A stretch of 64,000 nt of DNA from the human T2T-CHM13v2.0 reference genome, Homo sapiens, in assembly GCF_009914755.1 (NCBI RefSeq), contig NC_060933.1. One strand, given 5' to 3'. The position numbers and the translations under genes are program-made. Under the pieces are notes generated by a model. That model was not told where the DNA came from, made no database searches, and saw only the letters and a program-made list of their open reading frames with translations. Position 1 is the first letter of the stretch, and every line of letters begins with the position of its first letter. Shown here one piece after another: positions 42,119 to 55,100 of the stretch.

Positions 42119-42464
42119 GCAATGACTCTTGTTTCTTTACCTCTAGGACTAGATTGCACTGTCACAATAAGCGTGGGGTTCTGGGCTCTTGGATACCCCA
42201 GCCTTCTCTCTGGGCCGGTTTCTATTAAAGGACAATGTCCTAGGTGAAATAGTGATTTTTCAGGAAATGATATTAGCAGGAAGGATAGTTGAAGGTGGCC
42301 ACTCAGGGACTTTCAGAGTGCCAAGCCTGGAGCTTGGGCCAAACTGGCAGGGTAGGGCACCAAAGCCAGGGACAGGGGAGCCAGGTAGCCTCCTGAAACC
42401 CTTTATAAAGTGACTTATGGAAAAATTTGGATCCCAGTTGAAGTCTCAAGAGACCTTCAGCAGT

Positions 42465-44030
42465 AATTGACAAGCCAATTCTAAAATTTATGTGGAAAAG
42501 CAAAGGACCTACGATAGATAACATCATTAATCTTTAAAAAGAAGATTCACTCTACCTGATTTTCAACCTTACTCAAAAGGTACAGTAATCAAGACAGTGA
42601 GGTCCAGCACAAGGGCAGAAAAATGGATCAACAAACTCAAATAGAGTCCAGAAACAGACTCACAGATAGAGAATCCATTGATTTTTCTTTTTTTTTTTAA
42701 CAAAGGCAGCAAGGCTATTCAATATGAAAAGGAAAGGCTTTTCAACAATTAGTGCTGGCACAACTGAATAAATGAATGTGAAAAAAAACTCAACCCCTAC
42801 CTCACACCACACAAAAATTAATTCAAGATGAAGCATAAAAGCTAAATCTATAAAGCTTCTACAAGCAATTATAGGAGAAATACATTCCTAGGCAAAGATT
42901 AATTTGAGAGGACAGAAGAAAGCATGAACTGAGAGAAAAAGTTGATAAACTGGACTTTATTAAAGTTAAAAACTGCTTATCAAAATATACTGATAATTAA
43001 CAGGCAAGCTACAGATTTGGAGAAAATATTCACAATACACATATCTAGCACAGAACTTGTCTTTTTTTTTTTTTTTAAGACAGAGGTCTCACTCTGTCTC
43101 ACAGGCTGCAGTGCAATGGCACAATCATAGCTCACTGCAGCCTCAAACTCCTAGGCTCAAATGAGCCTCCTTCCTCAGCCTCCTGAGTAGCTGAGACTAC
43201 AGGTGCACACCACCACACCTGGCTTTGTCTTTTTAATATAAAAATATATCCTACAAATCAATAACAAAAAGGTGAACAATCCCTCCAAAAATGAGCAAAA
43301 TATACACTTCACAAAAGGAAATATACAAATGGTCAATAATTACCTGAAAAGGTAATCAGTAATATTAGTCATAAGGGAAGTGAAAATTAAAACTACAATG
43401 AGACAGCACTACACTCAATAGAATGGTTAAAATTTAAAAGCCTGACAATTCCAAGTGTTGACATGGATGTGGAGCAACTAGAAAACTAACTTAGTCAGTG
43501 AGAGTCTAAATATAACCTTTTGGAAAATCGTTTGAAAGTTGCTTTCAGAACCAAATATAAGCTTATCATGTGAGCTAGAAATTTCACTCCTAAGTATTTA
43601 CTCAGAGGCAAAAAGACCCCCATACAAATATTCACAGAAGCTATTATTATTCATGATAGCCAAACACTGAAACAACCCCGCATGCTTATCAGCAGGCAAG
43701 AATGGATCTGTGACAGTCATACAGTGGAGTATTATTCAGCAATAACATGAACAGACTGCGGATAAAAACAGTACATGTCTGTATGATTTAATTGATATGA
43801 AGTTCAAGAACAAGCAAAACTAATGTACGGCAAAGGCTCTCAGAGCAGTGGTTGCCTTTGGGAGTATGAGAGGGAGCTTCCTGCCTTCAAGGGCGCAAGA
43901 AGAAAGCTAATGGGGTAGGGAAAACTCTGTATCCTGATTGGGGTGTTGATTTCACGGATGTGTACATTGATCAATATTCAAGCCTTGTATAGGTAAGATC
44001 TGTACATTTCACTATATGGACATTTTACTT
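42465..44030 (+). mobile_element. L1MD/ME 3' portion (ORF2 C-terminus plus 3' UTR)
   Basis: ttgacaagccaattctaaaatttatgtggaaa; ORF 42942 INWTLLKLK...RQATDLEKIFTIH; ggatgtggagcaactaga. Confidence 0.85.
43062..43223 (-). mobile_element. Alu monomer (FRAM or truncated AluJ)
   Basis: Single right-arm Alu with poly-T; flanks cttgtctttt / ctttgtctttt. Confidence 0.88.
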
Positions 44031-44379
44031 CCTCCCCAACCCCCTTTAAAAAGCTGAGGAACTTTCAGGGGATTCACTCCAACCTTTAGTTTTAGAGAGG
44101 TCCCTGAGAGCCACAGAAGGCAAGGAGTCTGCCTAGGGTCACGCGGCAAGTTGGGGCAGGCATAGCCCCTTCCCCTCCCAACTCTCCCAATCTGTCCACT
44201 GAACTGCACCCACCTGAGATTCCATTCTCCTTACTTTCTGAGGTTCCCGACCGGGGAAAGAGGAGGGAAGGAAGACAGAAGGAAGTGATGGAGCAAAAGA
44301 TGGACCCCCAATCAGGGTTGGCCACAGAGCTAGGGAGAGGCCTCTGCACCCGAACCTTCTTCCTGGTATTAGGAGATTC

Positions 44380-45170
44380 CAGTGCCGCCGCAGGGCCCAG
44401 AAGGGGTGTAGGAGGCGTGGCCGCAGCCCCACCCTAGACCCCAGGGCCGGGCAGGAAGATGCGTCTGCGCGTGCGGGCAGGTGTAGGGGGCGAGGAGGTG
44501 GGGAGCGGTAGGAAGGGGAAGCAGCGAGGGGAGAGGCTGCCGAGCCGAGCCTCCGCGGACCCGCTCGCCCCTAAATCACGCAGCCGCATGAATAATAAAT
44601 AAGGACCGCTCGGATCCTTAACAGTAGTCGCATGTCTTATTAAACTAATATTTCACAAACTTTTATTCTCCCTGTGGTTGGAGGTCGGGAACGAAGCCCC
44701 CCGCCCCCTACCCCGCTGGCTCTGCACAGCCTGGGGCGGACCCTGGATGGGAGGAGCTCAGCGCGCCCGGCAGGGCCCTGGAGGGGGACACCTCTCGCCC
44801 CCGTCTCCCCTGTGGGTTCCTTCTTTCAACTCACGTGGCCCTGGTTCCTCCCCTGTGCCAGGCCCTGCCCAGAGGATACAGATGGGTCCACCCCGCTCCC
44901 TCTCAAGGAGCCCCCTGGGCCCGGGACGGGGAGACAGACCCTTAAACCAACCGTGTCCGTGAGAGGGCCCAGGGCTGGAACACAGTGCGGCGCAGGGGGC
45001 TTGCTGGTGGGGAGCGGAGGGGCGCAGGGGAGGTCTCGCCCGGGAACCCTAAGCAGAGCACCCAGGGGTTAGCGTGGAAACTCTGTCCTGTGGAAGGCGC
45101 CGCAGCGCAGGGCCTGGCAGCCTCGCGACACAGACCTGATGTGAACCTTGCCTCCACCACCAGCCGTGTG
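44380..45170. promoter_or_regulatory. Orphan CpG-island-like region with an AT-rich motif core at 44570-44675
   Basis: High GC and many CpGs in non-repeat DNA; TAAATCA 44572-44578, GCATGAATAAT 44586-44596. Confidence 0.55.
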
Positions 45171-45849
45171 GCCTTGGGAGGACAAGGGACAAGACCCTGA
45201 GAGGAGCATGCTATGTAAGAAGCCAGGAGGGGCACTGGAGACCCAGAGGGTTCACCTCGGAGTCAGAAGGGTGGGGGGCTTTGGGAAGGCCAGGGCCCAG
45301 AGTAGGGGCGGTCCAACTGGGTCCATGCTCTTCTCCTTAGCAAAAGATGTGTTTTCCTTGAAGATCTGGGCTCCAATCCTGGCCCCGTCCCTCATCTGTG
45401 AAAGCAGTCACAGAATCCACCTTGCAGGGCTGGTGAGGGAACAGTGTGAGATGGAAGCCCGTGTGGGTGCCAGTGGGTATCCATTCCCATTGCTTCCCCA
45501 AAAACCACAGCCTTCTGCTGTGCCCCCACTCCCCAGAGGCTCTGATGGGCTGCACCTGGTCCGGGAGGTCTCCTCCTCCTGCCCTTCTGTGCCTTCCTCA
45601 GCTCCATGCTGCATCCTCCTTGCCTTCCCCAGGGACCTACACTCGCCAGGTGCCAGGCTGTGTGCTGGCACCGGAGCTCTGGGCTGGGTGCAGACAGTGA
45701 TCTCTGCCCTGAGGAGCTCCCAGTCTTCCCAGTCTGATGGAAGAAGCAGCCACGAAGGCCCAGCATCACCATGCAGGGGTGAAGCAATGCTGGGCAGGCA
45801 CACTGGCTCTTCCAGGCACCCCATTCTCTCTGGTGGTTCTGACCCCCAG

Positions 45850-46480
45850 GCCTGCCTGCCCACCCTGACTCTATCTCTGGCCAGACCACACTTCTGAGCA
45901 TCAGTCATGTTCAGGGGCCTCCCGAACACAATATCTCCCAGGCTCCTCCAACTCCACACAGTCACCACTGAATTGCCCATCTGCCTCTTGGCCTTGACCC
46001 TCAGCCAAGCTGCCTTCACCCCTTAGGAGTGGCAGCACCACTCCTCCATTAATGGGGTCCCAAACCAGCGATCAGATCTGGTTTCTCCTTCCCCCACCCC
46101 AAACCCATGCAGTCAACTCAAATTCAGCTAGGCCTGCCTGCAAACTGGCTTCAAACCTTTCCTCTCCTCTCCACCTTCCCCACTGTGCTATGCTGGCCTT
46201 CCCTCCATCCCCCCAGGCTGGTTCCCCAGACCCTTCGCAGGTCTTCCTGCCTCCACACTCCCCCAATCCCATCCATCTAACACCCACCATCAGGGTAATC
46301 CTCCAGCTGCTCAAGCATAACCTCAGAAGGCTTCTGTGGGTCTCCACTACTCACAAAATAAACCCAGGCTCGTTAACCTGGTGTTCAACGCTTTTCTGCC
46401 AACAGCTAGTATCCACTCCTTATTCCGCACATAATTCCCTCCACCTCCTTCCCCACCCTCACACATACACTGGCTCAGCC
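45850..46480 (+). mobile_element. L2 fragments
   Basis: gtggcagcaccactcctcc; tcttcctgcctccacact...ccatccatct; tactcacaaaataaaccc. Confidence 0.6.
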
Positions 46481-46611
46481 ACCCATCCTCTACTGTGTCC
46501 TTGGAGACCCATAAGGTGGGAAAACAACAACGGCAAAAACGAGTTAACTGCCCTGCTCAGTAATAATAGTATTGTATGAGTTTCACTAGCTCAGTTAAGA
46601 TTCCAGAATGA

Positions 46612-46904
<293 letters not shown>

Positions 46905-46933
46905 TCTAGAATGGACTATAAAGGGATGTTCTA

Positions 46934-47320
<387 letters not shown>

Positions 47321-48399
47321 TCAGATTGGTCCATGTCCTTGTCCACAGGGTGACTAGCCCAACAGGTCAGAGAAGTGAGGCTGTAAGATGGGATCTAGGG
47401 TCCTGTGAAGTGCATGGTAAGATCCCCAGGACATGCTCAGGCAAGATGGGGAAATGTGGGATGGACAAAGACACAAGCAAATAACCCCACGACTACAGCC
47501 AATGTCCACGGGTGGGTGGGGGTGGGATCTCCACGGAGTGCCCCAGGCTCCATCCTGTTCAGCTGTATTTCACTTCCTTGTGCACGAAGGTAGAGGTGGC
47601 ACCTTCGCAGGTCCCACAGAGTGTGAGCAAGAGAGCTCCGCTGGGTCCAGAGCCCAGGCAAGGAGAGAGGAGCCCGGTCGTGTCAAGGCAATGTGTCCAG
47701 GACCCATAGGGGCTCTCATATTTGAGTCCTAGACACGGAAAGGAGAGAGTCTCAGGCTACCCAGGGTGTGTGGGAAAAGGGGCCATGGTTGGGGGAGAGG
47801 TAGGGGCCACTAAAGGGGCTTTTCCTCTGCTGCTAAGCACTTTCCTCGCAGGCTCTGTGACACAGGACGAAAGTGGGGCTCCCGCAGGTTGCAGTACCTG
47901 TGCATGGTCACCTGGTCGATGAGCAGCAGGGCCAGAGCACCAACCCAGGATGTGCCACTGTTCTAGGCTGCCTCCCATCTGGGCAGCAGCCTCCACAGCC
48001 TACAGACTAGCAGGGTTCATGGTTTTTTTCTACCTGGAACAGATCACAGAGTTGGAAGGGAGAGGAGTCACCCCCTCAGCCCTGGGGCAGCCCCCAGCAC
48101 TCTCCAAGAACCCCGGGGCTCTGGGCAGCAGAGTTTGAGCACTGGGTCTAGGGTGAAGTGAACAGCCCAGGTGGCTGGTTTTGCCTCTGTGAGAACAGCC
48201 CAGGAGAGCAGCCAGCCGAGGAGCTGCCTGAAGCTGGAGGGGCCAGGCTGGCTGACCAAGGAGAAGCATCGGGAGCAGCCGAGAGGGGCTGCACCTGATG
48301 CTGGGGGCAGGAGGGGGCTGCGAAGAGCTCCCTGTTGCTGACTGCCCACCTCTGCAGGGCTGATTGGAGGGGGGAGTAGAGGGAGCTGGGGGGTAGCAC

Positions 48400-48590
48400 A
48401 TAAAGGCTGATTCTGAGGAAGGACCTTCTCGGAGTTAGAGTTCTGCAAGGATGAGTGAGTTTCCCATCCCTGGAGATGGCCAACTGGGTGAACCCTGCGG
48501 GGAGAAATTACAGAGGGAATCCAGGCATTGCTGGACACACTGGGCCTTCGAGGGTCCTTGCAACCTGGAAATTCTGTGATGCTGTTGCAT
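48400..48590 (+). mobile_element. L3/CR1 3' end
   Basis: gtgagtttcccatccctggag...gagggtccttgcaacctggaaattctgtgatgctgt resembles the CR1 terminus ggtcccttccaacc...attctgtgattct. Confidence 0.6.
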
Positions 48591-48804
48591 AAGCTGTTCC
48601 CACCATCTGGAATATGCCGTTTCCTCGAATTCCACCTCCACACTCAAGTCAAACCTTTCCTCTTGCAGGGTGTCTCCCCAAAGCCACCCGTCGTCCCTCA
48701 TCTCATTTTCTCTGGCTCATGCGTTGTAAACTAGACACCCTATGGAACAGAAGAGAGTCAAATCAAATGCAATTGCAGGAAATTGACTAGAACCAGGGAA
48801 AACA

Positions 48805-49050
48805 ATAGCACACACTTGTATAGCACCCACTAGTACCAGGCACTGATCCCCAAGTACACAGACATGGACCTGTTTAACCCTCACAACCATGATTGGCATA
48901 GGTATCGTGTTGGCGCCATGTTCCAGATGAGGGCAGCTGGAGACCAGGAGGAGAAGTGACCTGCCTAAGGCAATGCAGCCAGGGCCAGGGGAAGAGCTGG
49001 GATTTGAACCCAGGCAGTCTGGCTCCGGAGTCCATACTCTGAATCACTGC
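48805..49050 (-). mobile_element. MIR, near full length
   Basis: gagctgggatttgaacccaggcagtctggctcc. Confidence 0.88.
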
Positions 49051-49539
49051 CTCGAGGCTGTCAGGACGATAACATGAGCCAATGCTATGAGAACACAGAG
49101 CAGAGCCGGCACTTAGTAGGCACTCGGCACTCCCGAGGCCCGTCTCCCTTTGTCTCTGCCCCTGAGTGTGCCCACCACTGTCCCTGCCCTGCCCAGCTCT
49201 GCCGCTCCCTGCTGCTCATCCTCTCTGGCTTTGTCTAGCTCTCCCTGCCCCTGTGTGTCACTCTATGTCTGCCTCCCTGTTCTTCTCCCTCCCCTGCCCT
49301 GTCTTTTGCTCTGTGTCCTTGTCTGTCCTTCTGTCCTCTCTGTGTCTTCCTGTCCCTTTCCCACCAGCCCCCACCGCGTGGACCCCGCTGACTCGTGCTT
49401 CTGCTTTCCCCGTATCCCTGGCGCCTCTCATCATCAACGCGTCCTTTGTCTTTACAAGCCGGCCTGGTCTCTCTCCATCTCTCCCTCCATTTACGAGCCT
49501 GTGTGTTAGTGGACAGGGCAGCCGATGGAGGCCACTCAC

Positions 49540-49685
49540 TAGTGACCCATCTCTGTGATCACCTCATTATTTATCACCAGGGACGCCAGTGTTTCCATAA
49601 ATTACCCCGACCTGGAGCTGCCCGCGCTGGAATCAATAGTCGCCTCTCACCTAATACCCAATTATTAATAATCACGGGGTGAAGG
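49540..49685. promoter_or_regulatory. Candidate HOX/ONECUT enhancer
   Basis: CCATAAATTA 49595-49604, AATCAATA 49631-49638, palindrome ATTATTAATAAT 49661-49672. Confidence 0.4.
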
Positions 49686-50379
49686 GTGGCCAGACATGGC
49701 CAGACATGGCACTCCAGGTTCTTGCCTGGCAGGGGGAGGGGCGGGCTGGGAGGGTGCTGGACCCCATGCTGCAAGATGCCAGCACAGGGCAAGAGGCAGG
49801 GCCTGGAAAAGGACAGGGTCCCCACATTCTCTCTAGGACTGGGCGATAAAATCTGAGCCATGGTTCCACCCTGAGGGCAGAGGGAGACACAGAGCCCCAT
49901 CTTTAGGGTCCTCTAGTCTGAGGACAGGAGACCTGGCCAAGCAGTGAAGTCTGCCCTTTTAGGACCCACCGGGGCCCCTAGCCATAAGGGTGCACCTTCC
50001 CCAGAGAGGAGAGCTTCATCCTGCGGGCAGACGAAAGACTACCAGAGGCAGGTGCTAGAGTGGGGCTTTGGTTCCACCACGGCACGGGGGTCAAGAGGTG
50101 ATTTTTCCAGCCCTGCCCCCCGGCCCTGCAACACACACTTGGAGCCCTGCAGGTACATCTGGGTAAAGATCTGAACCTGCAGGAGCTGGTGCTTGGTGGG
50201 GTGGAGGCATGGCAGGAAGGACAGGAGGAGGAGCAGGACACCTTAAGGGGATCTACACCTGCTGGAGCCCGAGGCTGGGGGCTGGGGAGCGAATCAGAAC
50301 AGCTGTCCATACACATGATGGTGGGAGAGGCAAGGCCAGCGGAGGGAGGCCAAGCCCTCAGTGTATCCTGATACCCAGA

Positions 50380-50765
50380 TATACACACGCGCTCAACCAC
50401 TGACTCTCCCTTCACTGCACCAGAGGTTCAATGGACGGACACACACACACACAGAAACACACCTCACATGCACAAACCAGCGGCATGAAAACACTTTTGC
50501 ACCGAAGGCATTCTTACAAAGCAGACAGTTACATACACACACACATGGACACCTGCATAGAGTCACTGATAAACACAGATGCGTGAGGGCACCCACACAC
50601 ACCCACACGCAGAAATACAAGTGCATGTTTAGGCCTATGCACACATACACCCCAGATATCCCCCACACACACAAACACACAGGCACCTACACACGCTGAC
50701 ACAATGCACACTTGCAGCCCATCCTGCGCGCACACCCTTTTGTGCACACAGTGTGCACATGCAGC
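50380..50765. repeat. Degenerate (CA)-rich low-complexity tract
   Basis: Directly visible. Confidence 0.8.
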
Positions 50766-51348
50766 GACGCGGCCTCTAAGGGCATCTTGCGGAGTGAGGC
50801 TGAGGCTTCGTTCAACTCCTCCAGAGCCCAGTCGGTTCCAACACTGCCACCATGTGGCCTCAGGTGCACAGTGCACAGGCCATGAGGCTGGAACACCCGG
50901 CCGGTGGGGAGGAGGTCTGGCCCCAAATCTTGGGTCCCTCCATCTAGTTGAGCCGGACTGCCATTTGGCCACTTCCCAGTGAAACCGAACACAGTCCTGG
51001 AGAACTGGGTCAGACTGTGTGACAGCTGGAGCCTGCTACTGTGTGCCATTGCTGTCCATCCAGCAGGGCTGGCACCATGGCCTGTCTTTGCAACCCATGG
51101 CTGGTGACACGTGGTAGGCAGGCGGCCCCCATGTTAGTGTAGACTTGGTGCGAAGTTGTTTAAACTCTCCCAGAGAGACTGGGGTTTAATCCTGACCTGC
51201 AATGTAATCATTAGTTCACCCATCACAGTATCGAGGCTGTAATCTGTGTCGGTGTATGATGCTAGGTTGAAATTATGGTGAGCAACAGACAGTTGCCTCT
51301 CCTAAATGTCAGGGGGCCCAACACTGAAGAGATAACACAACAAATATT

Positions 51349-51425
51349 TATCAGGTTACACCATAGAAAACTGACATTGGTGTAGGTCTAAAATGGTCAA
51401 CCACTGGCAGAGTATTCACGCAAGA
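51349..51425. mobile_element. MADE2-like mariner MITE relic
   Basis: atcaggttacaccatagaaaactgac...tgtaggtctaaaatggtc resembles recalled MADE2 ttaggttgaaccatatgaaattgcc...tgtaggtcaaaaatggtc. Confidence 0.55.
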
Positions 51426-51459
51426 TCCTTTGATTCACCCTAATGATGGCAAGTGTCAT

Positions 51460-51955
51460 ACGGTTACAGAACAGGGCAGTGGGGCTTAACCTGGGGTTGG
51501 AATGGCAGGGAAGGCTTCCTTGAGAGGAACTTGACTCTAAGCTGAACTTGAAAGGGTGAGTAGTGATGAAGTTGCTCACAGGGTGGGAAGAGCTGTGCAA
51601 AGGCCCTGAGGCAGGAGAGAACTAGCATATTGTGGAAACTGAGAGAAAGCCAGTGTGCTTAGAACCCAGCACCAAAGGTGAGGGGCGTGAGTAAAGCCAG
51701 AAGGATTGGAGAACCAGGAGCTCCAGGCAGGATCCAAAGTTTAGGGCTTGGGATTATTTAGTACTTGGGACTTTTTTCCTCCCAACAGCACCAGGGAGAG
51801 GCTCGCTGAAGAAGAGTGTAAGCATGGGAATGTCATACTCAGCTTGGTGATTTCAAAAGCCCACTCTGGCTGCAGAGTGGAGAAGGACTGAGTGATGGGG
51901 TGGGGAGTACAAGCTGTTACCCACATCCAGGTGAGAGATGGCAGTGGGGAGAAGT
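51460..51955 (-). mobile_element. L2 fragment
   Basis: gggaaggcttccttgagagg; gtgcaaaggccctgaggcaggag; cactctggctgcagagtggagaa. Confidence 0.8.
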
Positions 51956-51964
51956 GCACAGAGC

Positions 51965-52145
51965 CAAGATCTTGGTCCAGCTGCTCTCTGAGTCCAGGTT
52001 TTGTCCTCTGTAAAGTGGGCTGTAATTTCTACCTTGCAATGAGGATGAAGTAAGAAAATGAATATAAAGCACTTGGTAGGTGCCTGGCACATAAGGAGTA
52101 CTCAGCAAATGGCAGCTGTGATTCCTCATCTTATCATCTTATTAT
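51965..52145 (+). mobile_element. MIR
   Basis: cctctgtaaagtggg...taaagcacttggtaggtgcctggcacataag. Confidence 0.75.
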
Positions 52146-52574
52146 TAGAAAGCACAGAGGACCTGTCCCCCTGCCCTCGCTGTGGGCTTCCAGTGGTCTG
52201 TGCCACTCGGGGCCAAGCTCACAGATGGCGCCCAGAGCTCGTGGAGGCACAGATGTTCTCGCTTTTGTTCTCAGAGGCCCTGGAGCCCTCAGGTGCCCCC
52301 ATGCTCCTCAATTTACACTCAAGGTCTCCCCAGGCATAAGCACTCTTAGGGAATTGGTGCCTGGGAGGACCTTGCCAAGGTTTTCTCTCCTCCTAGATAC
52401 TGCAAGGAGCTGAGGCAGACACCCAGCCACACAGGCCTGCCAAGGACGTTCATGATCTTGTAGAGATGGGGAAACTGAGGCTCGGGACAGTACATCACAC
52501 ACTGAGTAGCAGTGCTGGGATTTGAGACCACCCTGACTCCCAAAACTGTGCTTTTTAATTTTTTGATCCGAGGT

Positions 52575-52770
52575 TCAGAAACTTGAGTTAATCACACATC
52601 TCAGTTCCCGGCAGACTATTCATGCAGGATCCGTCTCCTGACTTGTTATTACTAAAAAATCGATACATGTCAATCATTCCCAGAGCCTTATTTTGCACCC
52701 GGCTCAGTGACAGGGCCCGCGCGGGCGCATCCACAGGTGGTTCAGCGGCAGGTCCTATCCTTGGGGAGCA
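52575..52770. promoter_or_regulatory. Candidate enhancer with adjacent ONECUT, PBX/MEIS and POU motifs
   Basis: TATTCATGC 52617-52625, AAAAATCGATAC 52655-52666, TGTCAATCA 52668-52676, TGACAG 52708-52713, local CpGs. Confidence 0.5.
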
Positions 52771-53107
52771 TGTGAGCTGGTGACAGTCAACTCTGGGCAA
52801 AGAACTTCCACTCTCCTGCCCGGAAGTGCTGATTTAAGGAATTTATCCAAGAAAAACAAGGACGAGGGTCTATAAAGGTGTTTGCATCAGACTAATAATA
52901 AAGATTTCATGCCCTTCAGTGAGGAATAAATGCATTATGATATATCAGTCCAGTGGAACATTATGTATCTATTAAAACTGGTGGCAAGAGCATTCCTTTA
53001 TTGATGTGGAAAGATGGCTACACTTTGTTATTCAGATTTTTAAAAAAATAGGTCATATAACAGTATTCATAGAGATTTCCATTTTGAAAAACATAGATAA
53101 TACATGC

Positions 53108-53287
53108 ATATATTTTCTTTATTCTAAGATGCACATTTTTTAACATTTGAACATTTCTAAAATCAGGATGTGCATTGCAATTAATGGATATGTTTAATGC
53201 ATAGTTCTTTTCTCCAAAAGAGCCGTGTAATTAAATCAGTGATGCATCCCCCAGTCAGTGTTGTCCCAGAATCAAGAAAAACATATA
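53108..53287. mobile_element. TcMar-Tigger MITE relic (MamRep434-like) within an L1ME 3' fragment
   Basis: ttctaagatgcacattttttaacatttgaacatttctaaaatcaggatg; ends ttttctttattct / agaatcaagaaaa form an imperfect inverted pair. Confidence 0.5.
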
Positions 53288-53837
53288 TATACGTACACAC
53301 ATAGGACAAATTCCAGAAAGACAGCAACCAAAATGCTAAAAGTCATTAAATCTAGGTGATTTCCACTTTCTTCATCAACCTTCTGTACTGTCTGGGTTTT
53401 ATAAACTGAACACGAATTATTTTTATAATTAGAAAAAAATCCCCCATTTCCATATTGAAAAACAAAACAAAGTCTCAGGTCAAAAAAAGTCCAAGCTTCT
53501 CATACACAGCAGGCCAGAATACTCGCTAAACAGAGCCCCAGAAGCAGGGGACGGGAACCAAGGGGACTTGGCAGCCTGGTTGTAAAGGAGCTGGGCTTCC
53601 TAACACAGGAGGGATCTGGGTAGATGGGGAACAGGTTTAGACCCTGCAAGCCGAGGAGACAGTCTAAAAGGAGGCCTGGGGATCCAGAGCATTCCCTTAG
53701 GGTCTGGAGGGAAATAGTGTGACCGAGGCCAGGCAGATGGCAGTGGTGGTAGTTAGAATAACAACCCTAGCTGACATTTATTGAGTGCTTACTCTGTGCT
53801 GGGTACTGCTCTAAGCATTTCATACGCATTTCCTTAT

Positions 53838-54231
53838 CGTAACAGACTGCCTTGTATCCCCGCAAGATGCATATGTTGATGTCCTAACCCCCAGTGTCTT
53901 AGAGTGTGATCGCATCTGGAGATAAGGTCTTTAAAGAGGTGATAAGGTTGAAATGAAATCACTAGGGTGGACCCTAATCCAGTATAAGTGGAGACTTTAT
54001 AAGAAGAGGAGATTAGGACACACACATCAACAGACAGAAGAACAGGCAAAAGCACAAGGAGGAGAAGACGGCCATCCACAAGCCAGGAAGAGAGACCTCA
54101 GAAGGAACCAACCCCTGCTGGCACCTTGACCTCAGCCTTCTAGCCTTCAGAAGAGTGAGAAAATACATTTCTGTTGTTTAAGACCCCCAATCTGTTGCTC
54201 TTCGTGATGACAGCCCTAGCAAACTAATATA
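53838..54231 (+). mobile_element. MLT1B-like solo LTR inserted in a MIR
   Basis: atatgttgatgtcctaaccccc...ggagataaggtctttaaagagg...gccctagcaaactaatata. Confidence 0.88.
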
Positions 54232-54264
54232 CTTCCTTACCCCACAACAACCCCGTGGGGGTGG

Positions 54265-54752
54265 TTGTTTCAGTTATCTCTTGCTGCGTAACAAGCTGCC
54301 CCAACACTTTGTAGCTCAAGATATCAATAATAATTTGCTTTGCTCTGGAGCTTGGCAAGGTCAGCTTATCTACACTCTGCATTGCTGGGCAGACGACATT
54401 CAGGATGGCTCATGCATGTGACTCACATGACAAGCTGGTGCTGTGAGCCAGACACTTATTGTGGCCTCTCCATGTGGCTGCTCGGCCTCCTCACAGCATG
54501 GCCACTGGAATCCAACAGTGGGCATCCCAAGAGAACCCGATGAAGTACGTGGCATTCTTAAGACCGAACCTTGGGAGTCTTGTAGTGTCACTGGTGCTAC
54601 ATCTATCAAGGCAGTGACAAAAGTCCTCCCAAGTTCAGGGCAAGGGACCACTGTCTCCACTATCCCCTGGGAAGAGTGGCAATGCTCTTGTAAGAAGACC
54701 TTGTGGGATGGGATATATATTGTAGCTGACATCTTTGGAAAATGCACTCCAT
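54265..54752 (-). mobile_element. MLT1 LTR inserted in the same MIR
   Basis: tgtttcagttatctcttgctgcgtaacaa...gtggcctctccatgtggct...cctcctcacagcatgg. Confidence 0.8.
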
Positions 54753-54869
54753 CATGATAGGTACTGTAATTATCCCCATGTTACAGGTGAGGAAATGCAG
54801 GTGGAGAGAGAATTTAAGGGACAGGCTAAGATCATGCAGCTTGTAAGTGGTGGCATTGGGTGGGTTGGT

Positions 54870-55100
54870 GCTGGATCATGAAAGGCCTTGAATGCCAAAT
54901 CCAAGGTTGAGGTTTAAAGTCGGTGCACAATAGAGAGCCAGTGAGCTTTTGGAAGCAGAGAATGAAATCATTAGGTCTGTGTTCAAGGAAAATCGTTCTG
55001 GCTGCAGGATAGAAAAAGGAAGAAGGATAATCTGGAGGCAAGAGGAGGCCGGGGCCACAGTGCTAGGGAGGGGATGTGGACCAATCCAGGGCAGTGCTTG
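54870..55100 (-). mobile_element. L2 fragment
   Basis: gatcatgaaaggccttgaatgcca...tctggctgcagg. Confidence 0.7.

Noticed and set aside
45148-46019. Overlapping ORFs of 249 aa (+) and 203/169 aa (-)
   Set aside because: GC-rich sequence crossing MIR/L2 fragments, no recognisable domain, and open on both strands as expected by chance.
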